DNA of 64,000 nt, taken from positions 197,470 through 261,469 of the forward strand of contig AP029158.1 of the NCBI GenBank assembly GCA_037076615.1, in the 5' to 3' direction. Under the pieces are notes generated by a model that saw only the letters and a list, made by a program, of their open reading frames with translations, made no database searches and was not told where the DNA came from. The stretch is from Candidatus Parcubacteria bacterium (lineage in GTDB: Bacteria; Patescibacteriota; Patescibacteriia; Patescibacteriales; UBA12465). The position numbers and the translations under genes are program-made. Below, in pieces: positions 55,611 through 64,000 of this stretch (within the stretch, counting starts at the first letter, position 1; every line of letters begins with the position of its first letter).

Positions 55611-56957
55611 ATGACTTATCAAGAGGCTTACGAGTATTTAGATTCGCTCCATAATTTGCCGCGCGTTTATCGTGGTAAAAATAATTGGCAAAATACCCCG
55701 ACGATTCTAAAAGGCATGCACGCCATGCTTAAGCTGGACGGTGATCCCCATTTAAAAATCCCCCACTATATCCATGTGACCGGTACTAGCGGTAAGGGTT
55801 CGGTTTCTCTGATGATTAGCCAGATGCTAATTGCTCAGGGTTTTAAGGTGGGAACAATCACTTCGCCGCACCCGACAAAAATTACCGAGCGCTGGCAGGT
55901 TAATGGCCGGTCAATGTCGGATAAAGATTTTGTTAAAACCATTGAGGAGCTCAAGCCCGTTTGGGACGTTTATGCTAATGAAGTAAAGTTTACTTTCCCA
56001 GGAATGGCCAGTCTCAATACAGTTATTGCTTTACATTACTTTGCTGAACAAAAAGTAGACTTCGCGGTGATGGAAGTTGTGTGTGGCGGGAAAAATGACA
56101 GCACCAACATTATTCCTCATAAAGAGGTGGCGATTATCACCAATATTGGTTTAGATCATTTAGGAGTTTTGGGAACTAATAAAGAAGTGATTGCGCTTAA
56201 TAAGTCGGGAATTATTAAAAAGGGTTGTGATGTTATTACTGCCGAAGGCAATCCGAAAATTATCCATATTTTAAAATTAGCCGCTCTTAAAAAGAAGGCA
56301 CGGTCTTTTGAGGAGGTGGATGCCAGTCGTTACAACTTTTTAATTAATGGTGAGGTCTTAAAGCACGGTTGGGACGGTTTAGATTTTCGCCTTGATGGCG
56401 AAGAGTACCATCTTAATAATCTCGGCTATCACCAAGTCGCTAATGCTCGGGTGGCCATTACTGCCGCCAAGAAATTGGGTTTAAGTCAGAAGGCCATTAA
56501 AACTGGTTTAGAAAAAACCACTTTTCCTATTCGTTTTGAAGTTGTTTCTCAGAAACCTTATATTATTTTAGATGGCGCTCATAATCCTGATAAAGTACGG
56601 GCGACGGTGGCGAGCTTAAAAAGCTTAAAGGGGAAGTATAAAAATTTACACCTCTTGGTTGGTTTTTCTGATAATAAAGATCACAGTTCTTTTTTAGAGG
56701 AGTTAATTGCTCTAAAGCCTAAGAGCTTGGCCTGCACTCGCTTTACCCAAAATATTTTCCGGCGCACGGCCGATCCGAAAAAATTAAAAAGTGCGGCCTT
56801 AAAAATCAAACCAGGTTTAAAGGCCAATAGCTTTTTAGATCCGCGGGCGGCTTTAGCTTGGAGTCAGGCGCAGCTAGGTCCGGAAGACTTATTATTAGTA
56901 ACGGGGTCAATGTTTTTATCCGGAGAGCTACGACCAATTTTTAAGGAAATTAAATAA
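55611..56957 (+). CDS. folC: Folylpolyglutamate synthase / dihydrofolate synthase-like Mur-ligase family protein
   Basis: P-loop HVTGTSGKGS, ITSPH, ITNIGLDHLGVLG, DGAHNPD. Confidence 0.82.
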   Translation: MTYQEAYEYLDSLHNLPRVYRGKNNWQNTPTILKGMHAMLKLDGDPHLKIPHYIHVTGTSGKGSVSLMISQMLIAQGFKVGTITSPHPTKITERWQVNGRSMSDKDFVKTIEELKPVWDVYANEVKFTFPGMASLNTVIALHYFAEQKVDFAVMEVVCGGKNDSTNIIPHKEVAIITNIGLDHLGVLGTNKEVIALNKSGIIKKGCDVITAEGNPKIIHILKLAALKKKARSFEEVDASRYNFLINGEVLKHGWDGLDFRLDGEEYHLNNLGYHQVANARVAITAAKKLGLSQKAIKTGLEKTTFPIRFEVVSQKPYIILDGAHNPDKVRATVASLKSLKGKYKNLHLLVGFSDNKDHSSFLEELIALKPKSLACTRFTQNIFRRTADPKKLKSAALKIKPGLKANSFLDPRAALAWSQAQLGPEDLLLVTGSMFLSGELRPIFKEIK

Positions 56958-57045
56958 GCAGTTACTTTTAAAAAAAGCCGGTTCTGCCGGCTTTTTTTGT
57001 TTTTATCCCTTATTTATTTTATAATTGAGAGATAGTGATTAGTTT

Positions 57046-57660
57046 ATGGTCATCAATAAAAACTCTAATAAAAATTGGCGATGGTTTCTTCTGGCCCTGA
57101 TTCCGGTGGCGGCAATTTTTGTCAGAGTTTTATCGCCGACCGGTACTTGGGAGTGTTATAACGGTGAGTGGGTAAAAAGAGGCCGCCCCGGAACTGCGCA
57201 ACCAATAACGCCGTGCCGGCCAATTGATAACTCTTTCGGAGAGTTAATCGCGAGTGCCGAATCGGTTTTAGAAAGTTTTAATTCGGGAACAGCGACTGCT
57301 GAGGCGAGCAAATTTACCACTTCCGAAAAAGAGGCCCCGGCGATTATTTTACAGGCACCAAAGGCGGGCGATTTTATTTCTAGCCCTTTGGCGGTGACCG
57401 GCCTCGCTCCGGCCGATTGGTTCTATCGGGGTGAACTGTTTATTACCTTAGAGGATTCCGAGCGGCAAGTTATTGCCAGGCACTTTGGCTCTAGGCAGCC
57501 GGGGAGCACGACGGTGCCTAACTATTATTCTTTTTCGGCTTGGATAGACTTTGAAACGGACGCTAGCACTGGCTATCTGGTTGTTCATAAAAATAATTTA
57601 AGCGCCACGGTGGCCGCGACCGAAACTCGGAGTCAGCGCTGGCCGGTAATTTTTGAATAA
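57046..57660 (+). CDS. Anchored hypothetical protein with a Gmad2-like Ig domain
   Basis: N-terminal TM helix. C-terminal ISSPLAVTGLAPADWFYRGELFITLEDSERQVIA... resembles the Gmad2 immunoglobulin-like fold family (by eye). Confidence 0.55.
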   Translation: MVINKNSNKNWRWFLLALIPVAAIFVRVLSPTGTWECYNGEWVKRGRPGTAQPITPCRPIDNSFGELIASAESVLESFNSGTATAEASKFTTSEKEAPAIILQAPKAGDFISSPLAVTGLAPADWFYRGELFITLEDSERQVIARHFGSRQPGSTTVPNYYSFSAWIDFETDASTGYLVVHKNNLSATVAATETRSQRWPVIFE

Positions 57661-57677
57661 AAAAGATTTAGAAGAAT

Positions 57678-59087
57678 ATGAAAACCTTAAAATTTTACAA
57701 CACCCGCTCACGATCAGTGGAAGAATTTAAAGCCGTGGCGGCGCCTCGAGTTGGTCTCTACACTTGCGGGCCGACTGTATATAATTATGCTCATTTAGGT
57801 AATTTGCGCACTTACTTATTTGAAGATTGGCTAAAACGAGTTTTGGTTTATGCTGGTTATGAAGTTAAACATGTGATGAATGTCACCGATGTCGGCCATT
57901 TAGTTGGTGATGGCGACTTAGGGGAAGATAAAATGGAGTTAGGTGCGTCGCGGGAGGGGCGGAGTGCCTGGGAAATTGCTGATTATTATTGGCAGTCTTT
58001 TCGTGACGATTTAAAAGTTTTAAATATTATTGAACCTACGCACTGGGTTAAAGCGACCGACCATATCCCTGAACAAATTTCTTTAATTGAGCTTTTAGAA
58101 AAGAAAGGTTTTACTTATAAAACTTCTGATGGAATTTATTTTGATACCGAAAAATTTCCTCACTACAATCAGCTTTCGCATTTGCGACTTGAAGATTTAA
58201 AGGAGGGCGCCCGGGTGGAAAAAAATGCGGCCAAAAAAAATCCCACTGATTTTGCGCTTTGGAAATTTTCACCGGCGGGATCTGAAAGACAAATGGAGTG
58301 GAAATCGCCTTGGGGACTTGGTTTTCCGGGTTGGCACATTGAGTGCTCAGCGATGGCTCTTAAATATTTAGAGGACAATCGTGATATCCATTGCGGCGGC
58401 ATTGATCATATCAATGTTCATCACACCAATGAAATTGCCCAAAGCGAAGCGGCGACCGGCGAGAAGTTTTTTAATTATTGGCTTCACGGTGCTTTTCTAA
58501 ATGTGGCTGGCGGGAAAAAAATGGCTAAAAGCGCGGATAATTTTTTAACCGTCAAGAAGGCTTTAATAGATAAGAAGATTAATCCGCTCGCTTTTCGTCT
58601 GGCGGCCGCCTCGGTTCATTATCGTAAGCCGATGGAATATTCAGAAGCCTCTTTGCGACAAGCCGAAAACACCTGGCGAAATTTAGTGCGTCAAGTGGCG
58701 GCGTTACCGGAAGTTCCGGGAAAAATTAATGTCGCTTGGCAGCAAAGTTTTTGGGAAGCCGTGGCTGATGATTTAAACTTGCCGCAAGCGCTGGCTGTTA
58801 CTCAAGATTTATTAAAAGCTAATTTAGACGAAGCTGATAAATTGGCAACCGTGTTAGATTTTGATCGGGTTCTCGGTTTAAATTTAGATCAGGCTAAAGA
58901 GTTGGCGGACCGAGAAGTGCCGTTAGAAGAATTAGCGCCGGAAATAAAAGCTTTAGTTTTAGCGCGTGAAGCGGCGCGGGCAGAACATGATTTTGCTGCT
59001 GCCGATAGGTTACGCACCGAGTTACGTGAGCGCGGTTACGCGATTGAAGATTCTAAACAAGGAATGAAAGTAATTTTATTAGATTAA
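57678..59087 (+). CDS. cysS: Cysteine--tRNA ligase
   Basis: YTCGPTVYNYAHLGN (HIGH variant), WHIECS, GGIDHINVHHTNEIAQSEA, KMAKS. Confidence 0.95.
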   Translation: MKTLKFYNTRSRSVEEFKAVAAPRVGLYTCGPTVYNYAHLGNLRTYLFEDWLKRVLVYAGYEVKHVMNVTDVGHLVGDGDLGEDKMELGASREGRSAWEIADYYWQSFRDDLKVLNIIEPTHWVKATDHIPEQISLIELLEKKGFTYKTSDGIYFDTEKFPHYNQLSHLRLEDLKEGARVEKNAAKKNPTDFALWKFSPAGSERQMEWKSPWGLGFPGWHIECSAMALKYLEDNRDIHCGGIDHINVHHTNEIAQSEAATGEKFFNYWLHGAFLNVAGGKKMAKSADNFLTVKKALIDKKINPLAFRLAAASVHYRKPMEYSEASLRQAENTWRNLVRQVAALPEVPGKINVAWQQSFWEAVADDLNLPQALAVTQDLLKANLDEADKLATVLDFDRVLGLNLDQAKELADREVPLEELAPEIKALVLAREAARAEHDFAAADRLRTELRERGYAIEDSKQGMKVILLD

Positions 59088-59090
59088 ACC

Positions 59091-60083
59091 ATGATTAAAA
59101 ATAAGAAAGATAAAGCCACCCGCCTGGCGGCCGCTAATAATTTTTGGGCGCACTTACCCCGTCCTATTTTAGCGCAGGCGCCGTTAGCCGGTTTTACTGA
59201 TTCTCCTTTTCGTCAGCTCGTGACTAGTTTTGGTGCGGCGGTTACTTATAGCGAGATGATTTCGGCGGCCGCTCTTTTTTATGATTCGGACGAAACTTAT
59301 CGGCTTTTAAAATTTGATCCTAAAACAGAGGGGCATTATGTGGTGCAATTATTTGGGGCCGAGCCGGAACATTTTGCGGTCGCGGCGCGTCTAGTCACTG
59401 AAAAAATAAAACCGGCGGGGATTGATATTAATTTTGGTTGCCCGGTTCCGAAAGTTACTAGGCAGGGCGCCGGGGCGGCTTTAATGGCGAATCTTAAGCG
59501 TTCGCGGGCGGTGGTAGAGGCGGTGCTAGCCAATACCGATTTGCCGGTTTCGATTAAAATTAGAAGTGCTTCCGGTTTGGTCAGCGCCCAAGAATTTTTA
59601 AAAAATCTTCAAGATTTGCCGATTGCGGCGCTCATGGTTCATGGTCGCACTTACAAACAAGGCTTTAGTGGGCCAGTCTCAGCGGAAGTCATTAAAGAGG
59701 CGCACGCGGTTTTTAAAGGCGTCATTCTCGCTAATGGGGGCGTCAATTCCTTAAGTGATGCCCAGGAACTTTTAACTGCTAGTGGTGCTGACGGTCTTGG
59801 TTTAGGTCGCGGCTCTTTGGGGCGCCCGTGGTTATTTAGAGAAATTATTAAACAACAAGAAGAGTCTTGGTCGTGGCCGGAGATTGCTGCTTTAATGTTA
59901 AAGCAAGGGCAGTTAACCGCCACGCTAAAAGGGGAGGGCGCTTTTCCTGAGTTGCGTAAGCAGCTGTGCTATTATGTCCAGGGTCTGCCAGGGGCGAGTA
60001 CGGTACGGGCGGCGATAGTCAAAATAAATAATTATTCCGACTTAGAAAAAATTCTTAAGCCGATTATTAAAACTAAAGCTTAA
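59091..60083 (+). CDS. dus: tRNA-dihydrouridine synthase
   Basis: LAPLAGFTDSPFR, VQLFG, DINFGCPVPKV (catalytic Cys), MVHGRT, GRGSLGRPW. Confidence 0.9.
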   Translation: MIKNKKDKATRLAAANNFWAHLPRPILAQAPLAGFTDSPFRQLVTSFGAAVTYSEMISAAALFYDSDETYRLLKFDPKTEGHYVVQLFGAEPEHFAVAARLVTEKIKPAGIDINFGCPVPKVTRQGAGAALMANLKRSRAVVEAVLANTDLPVSIKIRSASGLVSAQEFLKNLQDLPIAALMVHGRTYKQGFSGPVSAEVIKEAHAVFKGVILANGGVNSLSDAQELLTASGADGLGLGRGSLGRPWLFREIIKQQEESWSWPEIAALMLKQGQLTATLKGEGAFPELRKQLCYYVQGLPGASTVRAAIVKINNYSDLEKILKPIIKTKA

Positions 60084-60084
60084 T

Positions 60085-60495
60085 ATGATTTTAAAGATTG
60101 ATACAACCATCAGCGAGACGATCAAAATAACACTTTTAAAAAAAGAAGAAATTTTTTTGACGAAAGAAGTTTTAGCGCCGCGCGCTCAATCAGAAAAATT
60201 ATTACCGACAATTTTTCGCGTTTTAGAAGACGCCAAAATCACCTGGTCGGATTTAAGTGGTCTTGAAGTGGTAGTTACCGGCGGGTCTTTTACTAGTTTA
60301 AGAATTGGGGTTTTAACCGCCAATGCTTTAGCTTATGCGCTCAAGTTACCACTACAAGCCATCTCCGCCGAGGGCGAAAATGTTTCTAAAAATAATTTAA
60401 AAAAATTTTTAAACTATAAAATTGCCGTTCCCGAATATAACGGCGAGCCTAATATCGGCCGGACCAAAAAGAGAAGTAAAGAGATTCTTTCTTGA
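60085..60495 (+). CDS. tsaB: Short TsaB-like protein (t6A complex dimerisation subunit, N-terminal domain only)
   Basis: ILKIDTT..., VVVTGGSFTSLRIGVLTANALAYALKLPL. It is 136 aa against ~230 aa for typical TsaB. Confidence 0.7.
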   Translation: MILKIDTTISETIKITLLKKEEIFLTKEVLAPRAQSEKLLPTIFRVLEDAKITWSDLSGLEVVVTGGSFTSLRIGVLTANALAYALKLPLQAISAEGENVSKNNLKKFLNYKIAVPEYNGEPNIGRTKKRSKEILS

Positions 60496-60601
60496 GTTAT
60501 CCCCAGATAAAAAATAGTAATTTTTCGAATCACTTATCCACAGTGATTTTTTTTGTTCTAAAGTTAGGTAAAAAATAATGAAAATGTTTTTTTATTTTTG
60601 T

Positions 60602-60630
60602 GTTGACCCGGGTAGTCGACTGGTGTATAA
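60602..60630 (+). promoter_or_regulatory. Sigma70-type promoter of the mraZ/dcw operon (TTGACC-17-TATAAT)
   Basis: ttgacc at 60602-60607 and tataat at 60625-60630. Confidence 0.6.
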
Positions 60631-60698
60631 TTGGGGTATAAAGTCAAAAAGTGGGGAAGTGAGGTGAATTTTATTAGCTCCGCAAAAAAGAAAACTTT

Positions 60699-61130
60699 AT
60701 GTTTATCGGTGAGTACCAACACAATTTAGATGATAAAGGGCGCTTAGCAATTCCGGCAAAATTTAGAGGTGCCTTTAAAAAGGGGGCAGTGGTCACTAAA
60801 GGTTTAGACAACTGCCTGGTTTTGTATTCCCAAGAACAGTTTGCCGTGATTGCGAAAAAATTTGCGGCGCTACCTTTAAGTCAAGCGCGAGCGCGAGCCT
60901 TCTCTCGTCATATGTTAGCCGGTGCTATGGATGTCGACTTTGATGTTCAGGGGAGAATTACTTTGCCGGAGTATTTACGTCAGTTTGCTGGAGTCAAAAA
61001 AAATGTCATCATTGCTGGTTTATATAATCATTTAGAAATTTGGGATGAAGCCGCCTGGCAGAAATATAAAGCGGAGGCGGATGAGCACAGCAGTGAGATT
61101 GCTGAGCAGTTAGGGGATTTAGGTATTTAA
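60699..61130 (+). CDS. mraZ: Transcriptional regulator MraZ
   Basis: MFIGEYQHNLDDKGRLAIPAKFR and a second SpoVT-AbrB repeat DVQGRITLPEYLR. Confidence 0.93.
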   Translation: MFIGEYQHNLDDKGRLAIPAKFRGAFKKGAVVTKGLDNCLVLYSQEQFAVIAKKFAALPLSQARARAFSRHMLAGAMDVDFDVQGRITLPEYLRQFAGVKKNVIIAGLYNHLEIWDEAAWQKYKAEADEHSSEIAEQLGDLGI

Positions 61131-61134
61131 AAAC

Positions 61135-62076
61135 ATGAGTTATTCGCACCAAGCAGTTTTATTGGAGGCGGCCCTGTCTTTTCTCAATCCGCAAGCTGGT
61201 GAGTCCTTCATTGACGGAACTTTAGGTGGCGCCGGTTACACTTTGGCCTTAGCCCAAGCGGTTGGCCCGACTGGCCAAGTTTTAGCCGTTGATCTAGATG
61301 ACTTAGCTTTAGAAAATGCTCGTCAAAAAATTGCCGCCGCCGGCCTCAGTAACATTTCTTTAGTTAAAGATAATTTTCGTAACTTACTAAATATTGTTCA
61401 GGCAGAATTTGGTGTCGAGAAAAAGTGGTCCGGTCTGGTTTTGGACTTAGGTTTATCTTCAGCGCAATTAGACGATAAGAACCGAAGCTTTTCCTTTAAA
61501 GATGATCACCCTTTGGATATGGCCTTTGGCGGGGCGGAGACCGCGGCCGTTAAGACGACAACAATTGTTAATCGCTATCCGCTCGCTAAGTTAGCCGCCG
61601 TGATTTCTAAATATGGCGATGAACCCCAGGCTTTCACGATTGCGCAAAAAATTGTGCGGGCGCGGAAGAATAATAAAATCAAAACCACTGGCCAACTTTT
61701 AGAAATTACCGGCTTAAATCAGCCCACGAGGACACGACTTCATCCGGCCACTAAATTGTTTCAAGCACTCCGAATGGAAACGAATCAGGAACTGGCCGCC
61801 TTGGAAGAAGTTTTGGCCGCCAGTTTAGAACTGTTGGCCCCAGGAGGAAGATTGGTAGTTGTTTCTTTTCATAGCGGTGAAGATCGAATCGTTAAAGAAT
61901 TTATCAAAAGAGAAAGTCAAGATTGTATTTGCCCTTACGCCGCCCCCGTTTGTGTCTGTAATCACCGGCAGCAGTTTCTGCCTTTAACCAAAAAACCAGT
62001 TATTGCTGATGAGGTAGAAAATAGTCGTAACCCCCGCGCCCGCAGTGCCAAGCTCCGAGCGGCACTAAAGATTTAA
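61135..62076 (+). CDS. rsmH: 16S rRNA (cytosine1402-N4)-methyltransferase
   Basis: HQAVLLEAALSFL, DGTLGGAGY, DLGLSSAQLD, SFHSGEDRIVK, NPRARSAKLR. Confidence 0.93.
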   Translation: MSYSHQAVLLEAALSFLNPQAGESFIDGTLGGAGYTLALAQAVGPTGQVLAVDLDDLALENARQKIAAAGLSNISLVKDNFRNLLNIVQAEFGVEKKWSGLVLDLGLSSAQLDDKNRSFSFKDDHPLDMAFGGAETAAVKTTTIVNRYPLAKLAAVISKYGDEPQAFTIAQKIVRARKNNKIKTTGQLLEITGLNQPTRTRLHPATKLFQALRMETNQELAALEEVLAASLELLAPGGRLVVVSFHSGEDRIVKEFIKRESQDCICPYAAPVCVCNHRQQFLPLTKKPVIADEVENSRNPRARSAKLRAALKI

Positions 62077-62108
62077 TAATTTTTAAATTTCAATAGGCTA
62101 AAAAATGT

Positions 62109-62459
62109 ATGACGGCTTTTATCATCACCAAAAAATCAAATTATCTGACTGGGCAAGTTAAGACCGAGCGTCACCTCAATTTACGCTTCGTTAATGCCAT
62201 TCTGTTTTCGCTAATTTTAGTGGTCGTGACGATTCAGCTGGTGACGGTTAATGACCTGGCAGTTAAGGGGTTTGCTATTAAGGAGTTAAAAACTGAGGGC
62301 GCCAAGCTAGAGAGTCAACTTTTAGACAGCGAGGCCCAGGCGATGAAACTGCAAGCTCATCAAGAGTTAAATAATCAAGTTAGTCATTTAAATATGGTGG
62401 CGGTCGGCGAGGTGGAATATCTGACGGTTAACGATAACAACACTTTAGCCAAAAAATAA
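62109..62459 (+). CDS. ftsL: FtsL-like cell-division protein (single TM plus coiled coil)
   Basis: It occupies the position between rsmH and ftsI. TM helix AILFSLILVVVTIQLV followed by a heptad-like region. Confidence 0.6.
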   Translation: MTAFIITKKSNYLTGQVKTERHLNLRFVNAILFSLILVVVTIQLVTVNDLAVKGFAIKELKTEGAKLESQLLDSEAQAMKLQAHQELNNQVSHLNMVAVGEVEYLTVNDNNTLAKK

Positions 62460-62507
62460 AAGAGAAAAAGTAGACGAGCGGCAGTTTTTGGCGGAGACAA
62501 GCTTAAC

Positions 62508-64000
62508 ATGTGGCGCAAAGAGGACAAAAAAAAGAAAAAAAAGCAGGAATTAAAAGACAATAATCGCTTAAATTTCGTGGTTGCGATTATTTTTTTATTG
62601 GCCGCTTCTTTGATTGGCCGACTCTTTTATTTACAAGTTATTAAGTATGATAGTTATTTGGCTTTAGCGGCTAATCAGCATGAAGCTTCGGGGGAGCTAG
62701 CGGCCGAGCGCGGCAAAATTTTAATTAGTGATTCTCTTCATCGAGCCGAGGGCGCTTATGCTTTGGCGACTAACAAAGATTTTTATTTAATTTTTGGCAT
62801 CCCCAAAGATGTTAGTGATCCAGGTCTAGCAGCTGAATACCTTTATGAATTTTTTGACGCCGCCACGGTTTTAGAAGAAGTGGAGACCGCTTTAGGCACA
62901 AGTACAGTCGCCGTTGAAGCTGAAAGTTTAACTGATAAGATTCAACGTTTAAATGATGACGATAGTTTGGATACTGAAACGCGACGTTTAGAAATTGATG
63001 AAGCGATTCGTTATGAGCGCCATCGTCAGGAAACGGCCGAGCGCTTAGGTGAGGCAGCGACAGTTAAAGAGCAGTTAATCGCCACCAAAAAAGCGGCGAT
63101 TATTGAAAAGTATCAGACTAAACTCAGTCGCCCGGGTGGTCAGTATACGGTTATTCGCAATAAGGTCAGTAACGAAACTTTGCTTGATTTTTATGCCTTC
63201 ATGAATAATCGCCAGGCCTCCTCAACTGCGTCTTCAGCGGTGCTGGTTAAGGCTGAAGATTTGATGATTTCGGTCGGGCAGGTTATCAAGCGAGAAACCA
63301 AGGAGACCCTAAAAATAAAAGGCTTTAGTTTTGAAACCAAAAAATTTCGTTATTATCCTGAAGACAACCTTGCTTCACAAGTGCTTGGTTTTGTTAGTTA
63401 TGCTGACAGCAATGCCTCCGGCCGTTACGGCTTAGAGCAATATTTTAATAAAGAGCTAGCGGGCACGCCGGGCTATTACAAGGGGGAATACGGTAATAAT
63501 AATTCCGTGATTGTTAATAATCGTGAATACGTAGACTCCGTTTCCGGCGCCGACATCGTTTTAACCCTTGATCGCAGTGTTCAATTTTTTGCTTGTGAAG
63601 AATTAGATAAGACGGTGAAAAAATTTAATGCCAAAGGCGGAACGGTTTTAGCTATGGATGTAAAAACTGGGGCCATCTTGGCGATGTGCTCCGCTCCCAA
63701 TTTTAATCCCAATAATTATGGGGAAGTAAAGGATTTGTCAATTTTTAAGAACCCAGCCATTACTGATCAATATGAACCCGGCTCGGTTTTTAAAGCCGTG
63801 ACCATGGCGATCGCTTTAGATCAAGGCAAGGTGACGCCTAATACTATCTATCATGATACCGGAGAAATTTATATTAAGGGTTGGCCCAAGCCGATTCGTA
63901 ATTCCGATTTTTCCACTAAAGGTGCTCACGGTGATGTCGATATGAATTATGTTTTGGAAAACTCTTTAAACACTGGGGCGATTTATGCGATGCGCCAAGC
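62508..64000 (+). CDS. ftsI: Penicillin-binding protein 2 / FtsI-type transpeptidase (3' end beyond the window)
   Basis: ATG 62508 gives MWRKEDKKKKKKQ..., then TM helix FVVAIIFLLAASLIG and ERGKILISD. In-frame SxxK (EPGSVFKAV, Ser codon at 63783) and SxN (ENSLNTGA). It is missing from the ORF track because no stop falls inside the window. Confidence 0.85.
   Translation, partial: MWRKEDKKKKKKQELKDNNRLNFVVAIIFLLAASLIGRLFYLQVIKYDSYLALAANQHEASGELAAERGKILISDSLHRAEGAYALATNKDFYLIFGIPKDVSDPGLAAEYLYEFFDAATVLEEVETALGTSTVAVEAESLTDKIQRLNDDDSLDTETRRLEIDEAIRYERHRQETAERLGEAATVKEQLIATKKAAIIEKYQTKLSRPGGQYTVIRNKVSNETLLDFYAFMNNRQASSTASSAVLVKAEDLMISVGQVIKRETKETLKIKGFSFETKKFRYYPEDNLASQVLGFVSYADSNASGRYGLEQYFNKELAGTPGYYKGEYGNNNSVIVNNREYVDSVSGADIVLTLDRSVQFFACEELDKTVKKFNAKGGTVLAMDVKTGAILAMCSAPNFNPNNYGEVKDLSIFKNPAITDQYEPGSVFKAVTMAIALDQGKVTPNTIYHDTGEIYIKGWPKPIRNSDFSTKGAHGDVDMNYVLENSLNTGAIYAMRQ

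Overview
This 64-kb window looks like part of a small, streamlined bacterial genome read with the standard code 11. Long ORFs and mostly TAA stops support that. The gene content suggests a Patescibacteria/CPR-like organism: an ADP-forming acetyl-CoA synthetase, a VirB2-like T4SS pilin, a short TsaB, many single-TM orphan proteins and giant fibre-like surface proteins. That lineage call is inference only. Most of the window is housekeeping: ligA, gyrB, tpiA, mutM, rpmG, greA, adk, rarA, typA, rnhB, folC-like, cysS, dus, tsaB and the mraZ-rsmH-ftsL-ftsI cluster. There are six stand-alone tRNA genes: Thr-GGU, Tyr-GUA, Trp-CCA, Arg-CCG, Leu-CAG and Val-CAC. Several have consensus sigma70-like promoters and hairpin terminators. 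Three regions stand out. (1) nt 1-13741 is a same-strand locus led by a 5'-truncated gene for a protein of at least 2995 aa. That gene contains a near-perfect 2583-bp tandem duplication and a third 793-bp copy. It is followed by a membrane-anchored cupredoxin, a second fibre protein with a peptidase-S74 intramolecular-chaperone C-terminus and Cys-rich repeats, and small membrane proteins. (2) nt 15876-18036 holds adjacent enolase and iPGM homologues in which by-eye alignment shows most catalytic residues substituted or deleted. An HAD homologue at 52106 also lacks its nucleophile, whereas tpiA looks intact. (3) nt 28766-~35700 is an AT-rich island directly next to tRNA-Trp. It carries a type IIG restriction-modification gene split by a frameshift at a G5 tract, a large serine recombinase, and a HigB / HigA-ImmA fusion / unknown 200-aa gene trio. 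No CRISPR array, rRNA or IS element was seen.
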